From Euprymna scolopes (lineage: Eukaryota), in assembly GCA_053919585.1 (NCBI GenBank), contig CM132795.1: DNA of 64,000 nucleotides; one strand, given 5' to 3'. The notes below the pieces were generated by a model, which saw nothing but the letters and a program-made list of their open reading frames with translations, did not search any database and was not told where the DNA came from. The position numbers and the translations under genes are program-made. The first letter of the stretch is position 1. Every line of letters begins with the position of its first letter. Of the stretch, positions 1 to 12,532 are shown piece by piece.

Positions 1-1049
1 AACTTAAGCTTTAAATCGTAGAACTTTTCTAGCAGAAAACGTCTTAAATGGATTGTTATTCAAAATAGAATGGGGAATAAAAGTGTTGCCGCCATATGAT
101 TTAAACTAGAAAATTTAAATCGGACATAAAATAGGTGCAAAATCTGAAAGGCTCATCATTGTCGCATATATGCACTTGATAGATATTTAGATCGAATGTA
201 AATCATTTTATACGACATAACTGTTGAAAAATCTGTTCCTATTAGTCACCGAATTTAAACGACTTTTACTCGGCTCAGTAATAAATAGGTAGCCATTTGG
301 CAGACTGTGCGAAGTATGTGTTCTAAAAACCGGATCAGAGTGGGCGGCGATATGCTATTCTTCTCCCACAATACAGTATATTATATGATACACCACACCC
401 CAAACTTTGGAGGGTGAAGAGAGTCTCAAATTGAATAATTTTATTGTCGATATTTTAACTGCGTTCCAATCATTTTTAAATTTCGTGTCGTCTCGTAAAA
501 AGGCGATTGAGTTTTGTTTACTCATCAAAAAGATTCAAATGACTTACTTGTTTGCTTGGCTGATGATGATAATGTGCGTTGGTGGCCATGTTTAAAATAC
601 AAATTTTAGAAACGGGTCAAGGAAATTTGCTGGCAATAACTGTTAAGAACAAATGATAAGCATTTATTCACGAAATGGAATTGTATTTGTTAGGAAAATG
701 TGTGCTATATTAATTCACCGAATGCTGTAGCAGTAAAATAGACATCAATTAATAAAAAAAGTCAATTTGCGAATTAGTCTGCAAATGTGTTAAATGTATG
801 ACGTGGATTGCGACGACTAGATGGTATGTTAGAAAGATATTTGTATTTATTTTGTTGATTTGATTAATACGGGTTAATTTCATTATCTCTATAATTCTGG
901 CCTGATTTACAAGTACTTAAATAGAATGTGTTCTACTTAATTCACAGAACTTTCTCCCAATTGACGAAAATACTCTCGAACAATCCGACAAGTAACACAA
1001 TCACGTCGCTGTTGAGGTTATCCACAACCGGAAACAGATTATTCTAATA

Positions 1050-1250
1050 CAGTAGAACCCCGGAATACGATGGTCCTAGGATACATTTTTTTTTTCAGGT
1101 TACGATATGGAATACGGTGTTTTTTCTGGTCTCTCGTTACGGTATTTCCCCCGCCTTACGGTGATATTTCTAATGTTATTTGATTATATACTGATTATGT
1201 ACTGAACTGAAATTTATATATTTTTAAAACCGTATCCCAGGGTTCTACTG
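1050..1250. mobile_element. Tc1/mariner-pogo-type MITE (~200 bp)
   Basis: ta|CAGTAGAACCCCGGAATACG ... CGTATCCCAGGGTTCTACTG|ca: terminal inverted repeats with a TA (right side CA) target site. A related copy lies at 29633-29900. Confidence 0.75.
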
Positions 1251-1570
1251 CAGCTACTTCTTTTGGGCCACTAGACATTATTATTCTCCCCTATTTACTA
1301 CTTTCATGGCGGTAATGGCATGCAGAAATTAAATTGTAATTAATGCATACATTAAACAGCATGTAATAAACATCTTGCTACCAAAATTAGATCCTTCCAA
1401 AGAACGGCGGCAATGCTCTTTCTTTCGGAGCCTTATAAAGTACAAAAAGGGTAAGTGTTAAAACAAAGGTAAATATATCTGTAACAATGTACTAAATTGT
1501 AACACACTGGATAAGCTGCATTGCATGGAAAATAAATATTTGCATCTTGCAATATACCTATATTGCTATC

Positions 1571-1623
<53 letters not shown>
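1571..1623. repeat. (CT)n-(TA)n microsatellite
   Basis: Direct reading. Confidence 0.95.
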
Positions 1624-1624
<1 letters not shown>

Positions 1625-1716
1625 GATAATATGATATGTCCTTATATTTTCGTGCCTACCAGCCCTATTGTAGAGTTGAAAGTACCAAGAGATCACCCAC
1701 GTTTTGTTTTCATATG

Positions 1717-2316
1717 TTTTTTTTGTTTTTTTTTTGTTTTTTACACAGTGATCACCACTTATCAGGGCCCGGAAGCCACTCAGGGATAAGGGTTTTTTTT
1801 GCATGTACAGTACGTTAGTGTGGAGATTTGATGAATTGTTTATTTAAGGGGGCGGTTCATTAGGAATTTGTTAACATTGAACTTGAAGACATCCAAGTTG
1901 TAGTCCGGTGGGAAGCAGGCAGATGGAACAGAGTTCCACAGGCGTGCAGTTCTAAGAAAGAAGCTTTGTTCATGGAATCCGCGTTTTGATTAAGGCACAG
2001 ATATAGAGTGTGGGAACTTTTTCACAGTGGATTCAGCTAGACGGGTGTTTTCGTGAAAGATTGGCGAGGGGGGACCAGAGATTGGAGTTCAGACGAGCAC
2101 CTGCCATGGAAATAACGATAAAACAAGGATAGGCTCGCAACGTCTCTTCTGTGAGAGAGAGGTTGCAGGGTAGAGAAAAAGGCATCCCCCACTAAGCCAC
2201 GAAGTTTATTTTATACTCTGTCAAGGAAGGATAGGCTGTTTTTAGCAGCTCCTGCCCAGATATGGCAACAGTATTCCATCCTTGGACGTACTTGGCTTTT
2301 ATATAGATAGAACATG
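1717..2316 (-). mobile_element. 5'-truncated CR1-like LINE (ORF2 C-terminus, 3' UTR, A-rich tail)
   Basis: Minus strand translates as FYLYKSQVRPRMEYCCHIWAGAAKNSLSFLD...LQPLSHRRDVASLSLFYRYFHG. The 3' end GTGATCACCACTTATC...GATAAG is shared with copies near 31.7 kb and 45.5 kb. T-rich tail on the + strand. Confidence 0.85.
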
Positions 2317-2325
2317 TCTATGTCA

Positions 2326-2745
2326 TCTACCTTTAGGTTTTCTCCTATTTATTTTCTCAATCAATTTATTTTTTATACTTATGCTTTACTTTTGTGACAA
2401 ATTTAAAGCGACATCCGCATTTTTCCTTAGCTGTTTTGTCATGACGCTATCAATTCATTGTCGTTAATATATTTAATTTTGTTAATGCATGGAATCCGAG
2501 CAGCGGTGTTGCAAATATAATACAATAAGTCGACGTTCAAATCTTATATAAAATTCTGTCCACTATTTTCTCATGAGATAACATACCAAAATATTATATG
2601 CATTTAATTAGCTGGTTGTTTCTCAGGACCAATCGATACGTGTCTAAACGAAATGTCGCTTGCTTTACAAAAGAAACTGCCATTTGCTACAAAACTGTTA
2701 ACGTGACATGCGAATGTTTAAAGTTAAAAGTTGAAAGCTAATTTC
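2326..2745 (-). repeat. Diverged direct repeat, copy 1 (paralog of 4163-4565)
   Basis: Shared blocks: TCTAC(C/T)TTTAGGT, ATTCA(T/C)TGTCGTTAATATATT, ATGCATGGAATC, ACCAAAATATTATA, TTTCTCAGGACCAATC, TACAAAAGAAA.TGCCA. Confidence 0.75.
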
Positions 2746-3587
2746 TAGATTACCAGAGCAAGTTTAATTTGCCGATACTATATTTTATCGACTTTTACAA
2801 ATGGTATGAACATTGTGTTGATCATTATTAAATGCTGGTATCATAAAGAGTTTTTTCATTAATTGTGCTAAAATCAAATCCTATAGTCCCGTCGAAACAA
2901 TCCAATTTTTATCAATCATTTTCATAAAATGACATGTTTTGCAATTCAATATTTATCGTATAATTATTTTTTCCGGTAAGAAAAAAAGAAAATCGTTATT
3001 TTTGTAAAAAAGAATTTCATTGTAATTTTTTTATTTTAACTAATAGAGAAGAAACATTTTCGTTTGATGTATTTTTCTTAATAAAATTTACCCTTTCGGA
3101 TACTTATTATAACGAATAAAATATCTTTCCTGTCACATTATACAGTTTGATATGGAAAGCATCGTGTATTACAAATATATATTTTTTAATTATACTATTG
3201 GTAATGATAACAATTAATAAATGAAACTAAACTAATATAAAGTCTAATATATCAACATAATTATAAACAAACGTATCTAAGCATGCAGCATTAAAAGAAG
3301 ATCATCTGTTTATGAGTAAAGAACAAAGGTTTAATCTTTCTAAAAATAAACAAGGAGAGACGTGAACTTCAATCCAACAGTACCTTAGTCTAATATAATC
3401 CAGACCATTGGTTGTTACTAACAAGAGCGAGAATAACAAACACTCTGATTGGTTAATTTACGAGGTTATTATTACGTGTATATATATATCAAACTGCAGA
3501 GTAACACCAATCCGACGCATTAGCCTGATGAGTCGCAAAGAGTAGGAAACGCGGAAAATTTAGATTACTTGCCATATATATTTCCAT

Positions 3588-3589
<2 letters not shown>

Positions 3590-3645
<56 letters not shown>
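3590..3645. repeat. (TA)n microsatellite
   Basis: Direct reading. Confidence 0.95.
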
Positions 3646-3646
<1 letters not shown>

Positions 3647-3756
3647 GTTTGTATGTTCATGGCGTAGTCTATTTCAATACGTTGCCATTAGATCCAAGTG
3701 TTTTTTTGTACGGTGAAATCTTCTTCACCATTTATATAACATAGCATTACGCATTT

Positions 3757-4272
3757 CTATTCCAAATTCTTATGGCGATCAACATAATTAAGATAGAAAA
3801 ATATGTTTATCAATTGCTGGTGGTTCTTTTCTTTTGAAATGGCATTCGCAAAATATCCTTCTTTCTTCACGCATTTGTATTCAATTTCTCCAGAAATTTT
3901 CTCGATGATAATGCAAGCACTGGATTTTCTTTTCACGCAATATATAGCGAATGCACCTTTTTCGAACAATTTATTTCCTTTTTTTTTTTTTTTGTTATTT
4001 CTTTTTCCTAAATTTATCAGTAGATTTTATGCGAGGTTTTCCTTTTGATTTATCAAACGCACTGCATTCCAAGCACACATAGGAATATCCGATTTTTCAA
4101 GGATTTTACCACATCTGTAATCTTGTCAATTTGAATATACTACGATATCACTCCGGTTCTATTCTACTTTTAGGTCCTCTTCTTTTGTTTTCTCAATACC
4201 TATATTTCTACTGCTTATGTTAGTCTTTAGTAAGAAATTTAACATAGCATCCTCATTTCGATATTATATCAT
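3757..4272 (-). pseudogene. Possible decayed ORF of unknown family (~170 codons, several in-frame stops)
   Basis: One minus frame reads MI*YRNEDAMLNFLLKTNISSRNIGIEKTKEEDLKVE*NRSDIVVYSN*QDYRCGKILEKSDIPMCAWNAVRLINQKENLA*NLLINLGKE...LFEKGAFAIYCVKRKSSACIIIEKISGEIEYKCVKKEGYFANAISK. Its N-terminal part aligns with the paralogous repeat at 2326-2460. Confidence 0.3.
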
Positions 4273-4565
4273 TCACTGTCGTTAATATATTAAACTTTGT
4301 TGATGCATGGAATCAAATAAGCGGTGTGGAATATATTATATTACAAGTCTCACGTCAAATCCCCCTGTACATATCTGTCAAGCATTCTCCAAAGAGAAAA
4401 ATACCAAAATATTATACCTAGTTAAGGAGCTGGGCATTTCTCAGGACCAATCAATTCATGCTAAAACAACGTTTTGCCTGCTGTACAAAAGAAATTGCCA
4501 ATTGCGGCTTAACTTTCAACCTTACATACGAATGTTTTAAGTTACTAATTCGAAAACTAATTGTT
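4163..4565 (-). repeat. Diverged direct repeat, copy 2 (paralog of 2326-2745)
   Basis: Same shared blocks as copy 1. Confidence 0.75.
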
Positions 4566-5850
4566 GGATAATCCCAACACAAATAACCTGGTATGCTATT
4601 TATTAAATATACTTTAATTTTAAAATAATAATTGCTTATATAGTCAATTGCTTATTATCATATAAAAATATATATTAACAGTTTTACAAACAAAAGAAAA
4701 GAAAGAAAAATATATGCGTGTGCGTATTCAGATACAATCTATACAATTCAGCATCAAATTCTCATTAATTGAATACACACAGACACACACATATATACAT
4801 ATATATACTTATATATTGAATGTCATTACTTGAATGCCGTTCCATCTATTTCTTAGCTAAGCATCGCATTTCTGCATCCCAGTCTATGCTGTTGATAAAC
4901 CTTAAATTTAATAAGCCTTTTAGATTGACATGCAAAACTGTATATAATGCATTAATAAAATGTAATATATACATGTGTATTTGAGAGAGAGAGAGAGAGA
5001 GGGGGTGTGTGTGTCTGTGTTTGGGTGTGTGTGTGTGTCTATATATGTCAGTCTCATAGAATGTCTACATTGTTCTGAACCAATATGGAATGTATTCTTC
5101 CCTCGATTAGACTGTTTCTTAATTAGAAAGCCCGTTGTGTTAAAAATGGTTTAAACAAACGGCATATAACACTGATAATTTTTTATTACTTTAAATGTTT
5201 GTTTGTGTTTCAATAATTTTGTCGCACTACTTTCTTAAATAGAATTTCTGAATTTAAATGGAAAGATAATGTTATCGTTTGATTATCAAACTATGACTTC
5301 TAGTTACATGTTAAAAAACTACACGTAATATTATAACATATTTTCATATCGAAAAAAGTATTTTGTACAAATTACTTCAAAGACTATTAATCTTCAAATA
5401 TGTGAGGAATAGCTGCAAATATTAAAGACAGAATTAATATCTATTCGACAGTCTCAATGATTTCTACCTTCTTTCAAATTTTGGAGAAGTCATAACGTAA
5501 TTTGTATTTTTTTAATCTTTTTTACAATAAATAAGTTTATGTATTAATGAATGAACAAAAATGTATTTTGGCGTTTTTGATTTTGTAATTAATTTTTGTA
5601 AATAATATTTTTAGTAGTTCGTTATATTTTATGAAAGTGCGCTTATGATTTAGATATATGACCGGTCAATAGCGAGTAAAAATATATTAATATAATGTTT
5701 AATTATCAAAATTGCGTAAACGTAAAAAAAAACGCACACATGCAGGGAAATATAAATAAATTATCGATATTGATATTTTAACATAGAATCAACCGATTGC
5801 CGATAAGCCAACAGCAGTGAGACGAATTCACACATTTCTTGATCTAATAA

Positions 5851-7121
5851 CACTGGTCAAGAACATATTTGCTGTCTACGTGTTTTCAACTGATTTATTA
5901 GGAAACTGATGCGCTTAAGCTAAAAATCACGTCGGTTTGTCTCAATCAGGTAAGGTTTGGAGCTATGACCATATGTAGTTTTTTACGTTCTCGTTCACAT
6001 GTACGCATATGTAAGGCTTTTTAGAAGTTGGTGGGAGTAGAATACCATGTTTTGCTGGTAAAGAATGATTTTAATGTAAAAATAAGTATTCCAGGCTGGG
6101 AGTTCTGGGTGATTATGTCGAAAAGGTGGTCAGTTTGAAGTCAGAAAATATCGAAATATTTCAAACATTGGTGTCAGCATACACGGGGAAAGACGGGCCT
6201 CTGCTGGAGGAATTGGTGCCTTGCAAAGTAGGGAACGTTATCAAAGACCTTTTGGTTGACAGAGACAGAATACTCTTTTACTGCTGCACATTAAGCTTGG
6301 CTTAATCAAGCAGTATATCACGATTCTGGACAAGGTTATAGACTGTTTCACTTACTTATGCCAGGCTTTTACAGGATTGACTATGGAGAAGTTGAAATCT
6401 GGCACCTCTAATGTCCCTCAAATTCGGCAGCATATCAAAGATCATGAGTTCGAAAACTCAATGAACTATATGGCACTCGATGTGTGGAAAGGAATGTGTT
6501 GTGGTAGTGAAGAACTGTCATGGCAACAACAAGACCAGAAACTACGCAGAACTTATCAACTACATGCTTATTGCTTTCGAAAACTTGGGCTGCATCGTGA
6601 GCGCTAAGATGCACTACCTATTTGCACATATTCCTTGGTACCTGGGTTCCATGAGTGATGATCAAGGTAGGGGGATTTACCAGGGTCTGTGAGAGATTGA
6701 CAGCAGTTATCAGTCACTTGAAGGCAGTCATGATGGCCGACTACTGTTGGAATTTCAGCATTCCAGGAGTTCGAAGAAACAGAAGTTCAAGCACTGACGT
6801 TTGAACAATGGTGAAGCAACATGTGAATTATGCGTACTTATCTTTATACATACCCACCAATCAGTTTACAGCATCAGATTATCATTTTATGTTGTTGCCT
6901 AAACATTTGAATCGCTTCAAAGCATAATTAGGCGGATTGAGTTCACAGAAAACAAAAACAATCAATTTTGTTACAAAATCTGATTTTTTTTAAATAAACT
7001 TAGCATAAAAACCTTACCTGATGGAAAGAAAGGGGTGTCATGTTCTGATCTACCAGTGCAACGATACTCCAAATCTGTTGGAGAACTCAATCTTTAGAGT
7101 TAAGTAAATTGTTGTCCAGTG
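5851..7121 (+). mobile_element. Internally deleted Chapaev3-type (CMC) DNA transposon
   Basis: taa|CACTGGTCAAGAA ... TTGTTGTCCAGTG|taa gives imperfect CACTGG TIRs and a 3-bp TAA TSD. The frameshifted transposase C-terminus reads LHIKLGLIKQY...EKLKSG...PQIRQ...GNNK..NYAEL...LGCIVSAKMHYL...MSDDQG...MMADYCW. Confidence 0.8.
6270..6750 (+). pseudogene. Chapaev3-like transposase fragment (frameshifted)
   Basis: ORFs 6377-6607 and 6480-6692 supply overlapping parts of the motif series LHIKLG / PQIR / LGN.K..NY / S.K.H / SDEQGE / MMADYCW. Confidence 0.75.
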
Positions 7122-9391
7122 TAATCTGTAGTTATGCCACGTGCTGTCTGACGTACCGATTTTTGCATGTTGGGGTGAATGATAATTTACTTTTTTATTC
7201 ATTGTTACGCAAATATTTACGTTATTTAAAAATAAAAGAAAATATTTATAAAAAATGAGGTTCTTTTAAATCAACTATTAGCAAACCAAAGTATTTGGCA
7301 ATAAAACGGTAGGCCCACTTTTATTCATAGATTCTTGAAACTTTCAAAAATTTCAAACAACAGCTATCCGTTGCACGGCGGATAAATTTTATTACGAATT
7401 CTAATTGTGTAGATTGTGTAAAAATATTAATAACCGCTCTCTGCATGAGCCATATTTTCCGTCCTTTTATATTAAAAATTCAAATTCAGCCTACGCCCGA
7501 GTGTCGGAAGAGCTATAAATGCCAAACGGGGAATTTCTTTACTTGCGTTGTATTACCTTCTGTAAACATATAGAAATCCTAATTTCCCTGTTGCTATGGT
7601 GGAATGTACTTTTTCCCCACTGCAGAAAAATGTGACAAAAGATCAGTAAGTGGGATGAGCACAAATAGCACCCTTAAATAGAGGCACGCAGGCTTTTTTA
7701 CATTGTCTGTCGGCATTTCCTGGTCAAGATGTTTCATGCATGAAGCAATAAATTTACTCTACAGGAAAACGAGGGGGATATCTTCAAGGATTAGTGCTGT
7801 GTCATGGAAGACCAGTGAAAATAAGAACAATCAAGCCGAAGTTCGGTTAAGGAACAAATGTATTAACCATAATGTACAAAGATAGGAAAGCGTGTATATC
7901 TGCTGGGCACTCGGCTAGCAGTTGAAATGCAGTCGCATCTCGCTCACCGGTATTGGAATTACTACCGCTATTTATAGTGCTAATCGGTGTAAATTGCTCT
8001 GTTCAAGGAAGGCCGGTATAACAATTAACAAGAACGTATTTTAAATTACTAAGTTTTTGGGGAACTGATTGTCGAGATAGAAACTTCGACTGGCATATGT
8101 CTTTGATCGTAGTTAAATGGCAAATGTCTTCCACGAACCCCTACTATTGCAGTAATAGCAGCCCATCTTCGAATATCAATTTGTAATTATAGTTTTGCAA
8201 TAAATAATCAAGTCGACTCAATCTGATTTAAAAGACGAAGAATATCTGCTAAATATTCCGATTTTACTATGAAATAAGTTTGGATTTATTCAGTTTCATA
8301 AACTTGAGACAAGAGAAACCTGTGCTGGAATAATCGGATAAGTGTTTGTGCTCGTAAGTAGCATTGGAATAGCTTAACAATCATTAGGACTAATTATGAA
8401 TTTCTTTGTATTCCTTTTCCATGTGGATTAAATGGTAATTCGTCGTTAATAAACGGTGTTCGAATAAATTCATTTAAAATGATCATCCAATCAGTGTTAC
8501 TGTATCAGTCAAGAGTTATGGTGATTACTTGAAAGTGTTCCTAATACAACGAATGAGTTATACTGAAACTAAGTTTCCGCAGTAATTGATTATACGTCTG
8601 GTGACGCTGTATTGGTTATGTCGACTAACAGGAATACATTCAAAAGAACAAAATCAGGGCTGGAAAAACTAAAGAAGGACCAGTATTATTTAAATGTTTG
8701 ATTTTGCTAAACTATATGATCAAATATCTTAATACTCGAGTCTACCATAAAATTTCACCGATAGCCAGAATCAGAAAGTATATTCATTTGGATAAGTAAA
8801 AGTAACGGTATGGCATTTTTAAGTATCTAGGCAAATTGTGTGTTGTTTTTTTTTTTACTTCGGTGATCATGTTTGTCGCCCTGATAGAGTCGTGATAAAA
8901 CAACTATGTAAACAACTAATAAATGGATCGACTATAGCTAAGATTTATCCACAGTTTTGATTTGCATTGTTTACTAGGTCGAGATTTAGTGTCGATCCCT
9001 TTCTTGAACTAATACATTCACACTTTTTGTCGATTTCATATATTATTTAGCAAAACAGGATTGAGTGGCCCTTTTTAAATCTTTTAAATGACTGTATCGT
9101 TAATTGAAACTAGATCTCTGAGTTAGCTCTTGACTGCGTGATCATGGTCAGCATTAAATACCCTAAAATAGCCAGTATGCTGTCTACCAGACACTGTAAG
9201 AAAAAAAATCTCTGAGGGTTGGTTCTGCGGCAAAACAAAGGCATTTTATTATCTTATTCGTTATGTACTTATTATAAACTTTATTTCATGTGTTAAATAA
9301 TTGACATAAACGAGACATTCCTTTGCATTAAAAAATGCAAAGGAATATCTCGTTTTTTTTAACATGAAAATAATTCAGATTTATCTTTTAA

Positions 9392-9556
<165 letters not shown>

Positions 9557-10676
9557 TAAAAACATTAATGCCCGCACCCTCAACTGGGCACTTTTCTACA
9601 GGGAGGGGTCATTTTTATATATAGTAAACTAATGAGGCTGCTCAGCATAATTGTATCTGAAAAGTGGGTCTATTTTACTAGAGCTGTCGATTGTTAAAGC
9701 AGGTCAGTGATAATCAGCAATGGTATAAAATGACGTATTTCGTATCATTTTTAATATTCTAGATACTGTGTTTATCTTGGATTTTATTCTGAAAACAATA
9801 CAGTTTCGGCTGATAAAACTTCAGACCATCTTCATGATCGTCTTGTTTATCCCAAAACAGAATGTCGAAATGAACCATTTATTACATTTATTGTGATCAC
9901 TTGTTTCTTTTCCGTCAATCAACACTCGTTCTGTAAGAAATAAAACGATTAAGTTATAATCAGTTGTTAGTGTCAATCTCCTGGTGGCTGATGGTTCAAT
10001 CCTCGGTGCACGCAATACTAAGAATACAATTAGAAATTATTTAAGATTTTTGCACAGTCATGGCCAGCAGAACGAGAACAAAATACCTTTGTGAAATTAA
10101 AAGGTTCGCATGGAAATTTCTGTATAGATTTATGACTTCAACACGACGCACTTGAACAGGGTCGGAAGTTACGTCGTCCTAATCATCCAAATTATCCATC
10201 CTCATTTGGAAAATTGCAAAAAATGAAATGTATTTCTTCCATGAAACAAAGCGGCTGTGAGGCAATTCAATTAAGCTAAAAGACATTACTTTTTTCATTT
10301 TTAAAATCAACTGAATAATTTATATTAGCATTGAATTAATAATTATTAAATACTGTATGTGTCATTACAATCACAGACTGGTCTTATTTGTTTGTGTATT
10401 TATTTCAATACTAATCATATTCCTTGCGTATTCTTCTTGTTCATACAAAGAGAGAAACGTGCAGCAATATTTCACTTATACTTACATATATAACATTTAA
10501 ATTAGCAATATTAAAACAACTCATAGAAATCACTTGATTAATTAAGAATAACCATTAAACATTTAAACGTATTAGATTTTAACAGACTGTATACAAAAAT
10601 GCACAAATTTATCAAGTACTATTTCAAAAAAGTTTTATTGGTAAAATCGCTCGGTAGCCATTTGTGGACTTCATTA

Positions 10677-10677
<1 letters not shown>

Positions 10678-10745
<68 letters not shown>
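10678..10745. repeat. (TA)n microsatellite
   Basis: Direct reading. It accounts for the YIYI ORFs. Confidence 0.95.
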
Positions 10746-10748
<3 letters not shown>

Positions 10749-11490
10749 CTGAATGTTTGTGTGTATGCATGCGTGTGTGTGTCTGGTCACGAATAGGCTC
10801 CTATATTGTTGACTATTTAAAAAAAAAACTGATCACATATAATGATAGAAGATGTATCGAGACACAGGAATGGGTATGTTTGATCTGGCAGAACATTGGT
10901 TCATTAAAAGTGTGTGGTCTGCGTTCGCGCCTGTTCCACAACGTATGGAAATAAAAAATTAAAAAATTAAAAAAAAACGTTTACAAGTGTTTTTTATATA
11001 GATATACATAATAATACTTTGATAAGTATGGTTCAACTTAAATAGGGATGGTATAATAAAATTGTGGCCTCCATACAATGGAAATAGGCACAAATTTTAA
11101 TAAAGACTTTTCATATCTATCTGCGTAAGTATACTTTGATAATTATGTTTCAGTTTGACGAAACATGGTATAATCAAATTATTGGGTGTTCGTTCGCGCC
11201 TGACCTCCATAGGATGGAAATATGTCACAAAGTTTAACAAGGTTTTTTAATATAGATCCACAGAATATTCTGATAAGTGTTTCAGTGTGAACAGGTATGG
11301 TATAATAAATTATGGTGTTTATAAATTTTATTTTTACTTTCAACATATTTTGCTTTGGTTTTGATACCCACAAATTCGAAGCTATCTCTTTACAAGCCTT
11401 CCTCTTCATAACCTATCATACATTCATAAATCAGAGTCCATTTTCTGTAGGCTGTTTTTGAACTCAATCAATGACGGGTACTTTTGCTAG
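10741..11490 (+). mobile_element. Non-autonomous Helitron-like element, unit 1 of tandem array
   Basis: Starts ATATAAAGCTGAATG followed by a GT-rich microsatellite; ends GACGGGTACTTTTGCTAG|T. Confidence 0.55.
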
Positions 11491-11876
11491 TATATATATA
11501 TAAAAGTGAACGTGTCTGTGTGCGTACATTTCCATACGTAATAACTCTGTCAATTTTAAGTCTAAAGACCCGAAATTTGACATACAGGCTACTGAGATGT
11601 GGGAAAATCTGTTTAATCCGTTTGCGCCCAGAAACCTGGCAATTAATGTGTTTAAGTTCAACGATTTGACTTTTGTAAATTCTATAAAACTCCTCCGACA
11701 ATTTTGGGTCTAAACACATGAAACTTTAGATATAGGTTCTTTGTATATGGATCTAACTTAATAACTTGATTTGAGCCCAAAACAATAAATTTTAAGGGGT
11801 CATAATAATCGTTTTTATTTTTTTTTGCTCAACGTACACCTCCAAATATCCAGGCAACGCCGGACACCCATGCTAG
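11491..11876 (+). mobile_element. Non-autonomous Helitron-like element, unit 2
   Basis: TATATAAAAGTGAACGTGTCTGTG head; 3' hairpin CCAGGCAACGCCGG then CTAG|T. Homologous to unit 3. Confidence 0.7.
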
Positions 11877-12414
11877 TACATCTATAGACGTGAGCATGTC
11901 TGTGGGTATGTCTGTGTGAGTGTCTGTGTACATTTCCCTACGCAATAACTCTGTCAATTTTAAGGTTACAGACTCAAAATTTGATATACAGACTACTGAG
12001 GTTTGGGAGAATCTTTGTGATCGGTTTTCGGCCAGAAATTTGGCGATTGATGCATCAAAGTTCAACGATTTGATCTTTGAGGACTCTAAGAAACTCCTCT
12101 GACAATTTTGAGTCTAAACACTTGCAATTTTAGATATAGGTGCCTTGGACATTGATCTAACATAATAACTTGATTTGAGTCCAGAAAAATAAATGTTAAG
12201 CGGTCATAATAGAAGTCTGTGATAACTGTGATAACTGTCATCGGTTTTCGGCCATAAATTTGTCGATTAAGGGGTTTAAGTTGATTTGAGCCCAAAACAA
12301 TAAATTTTAAGGCGGTCATAATAGAGGTCAAATTTTAAAAAAATTGACCACTTTTTTTTTTTTTGCTCAACATACACCTCCAAACACCCGGGCAACGCCG
12401 GCCTGAAATGCTAG
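11877..12414 (+). mobile_element. Non-autonomous Helitron-like element, unit 3 (internal duplication)
   Basis: TCTATAGACGTGAGCATGTCTGTG head; 3' CCCGGGCAACGCCGG hairpin then CTAG|T. The TTGATTTGAG.CC...GCGGTCATAATAGA block is duplicated internally. Confidence 0.7.
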
Positions 12415-12532
12415 TAATATATAAAAGTCGATAGAACATTAACTCTATAATAATATATACGAAATCTGCAAGAATTAAAATATCATATTTAAGCGTACTT
12501 TACGACCGGGCTTTGCCGGGCGTTCCGTCTAG
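12415..12532 (+). mobile_element. Short Helitron-like element, unit 4
   Basis: ATATATAAAAG head; CCGGGCTTTGCCGG hairpin then CTAG. The 3' end matches the reverse copy at 56119. Confidence 0.55.

Noticed and set aside
3520-3560. CTGATGAG...GAAAC hammerhead candidate
   Set aside because: No coherent stem II closure and no stem III or GUH cleavage triplet.
7640-8030. Possible solo LTR or promoter (minus-strand TATAAATA)
   Set aside because: No TG..CA boundaries or TSD could be identified.
10599-10954. YIYIYI-type ORFs (also 1547, 1589, 34788, 44224, 46866)
   Set aside because: They are translations of (TA)n microsatellites.
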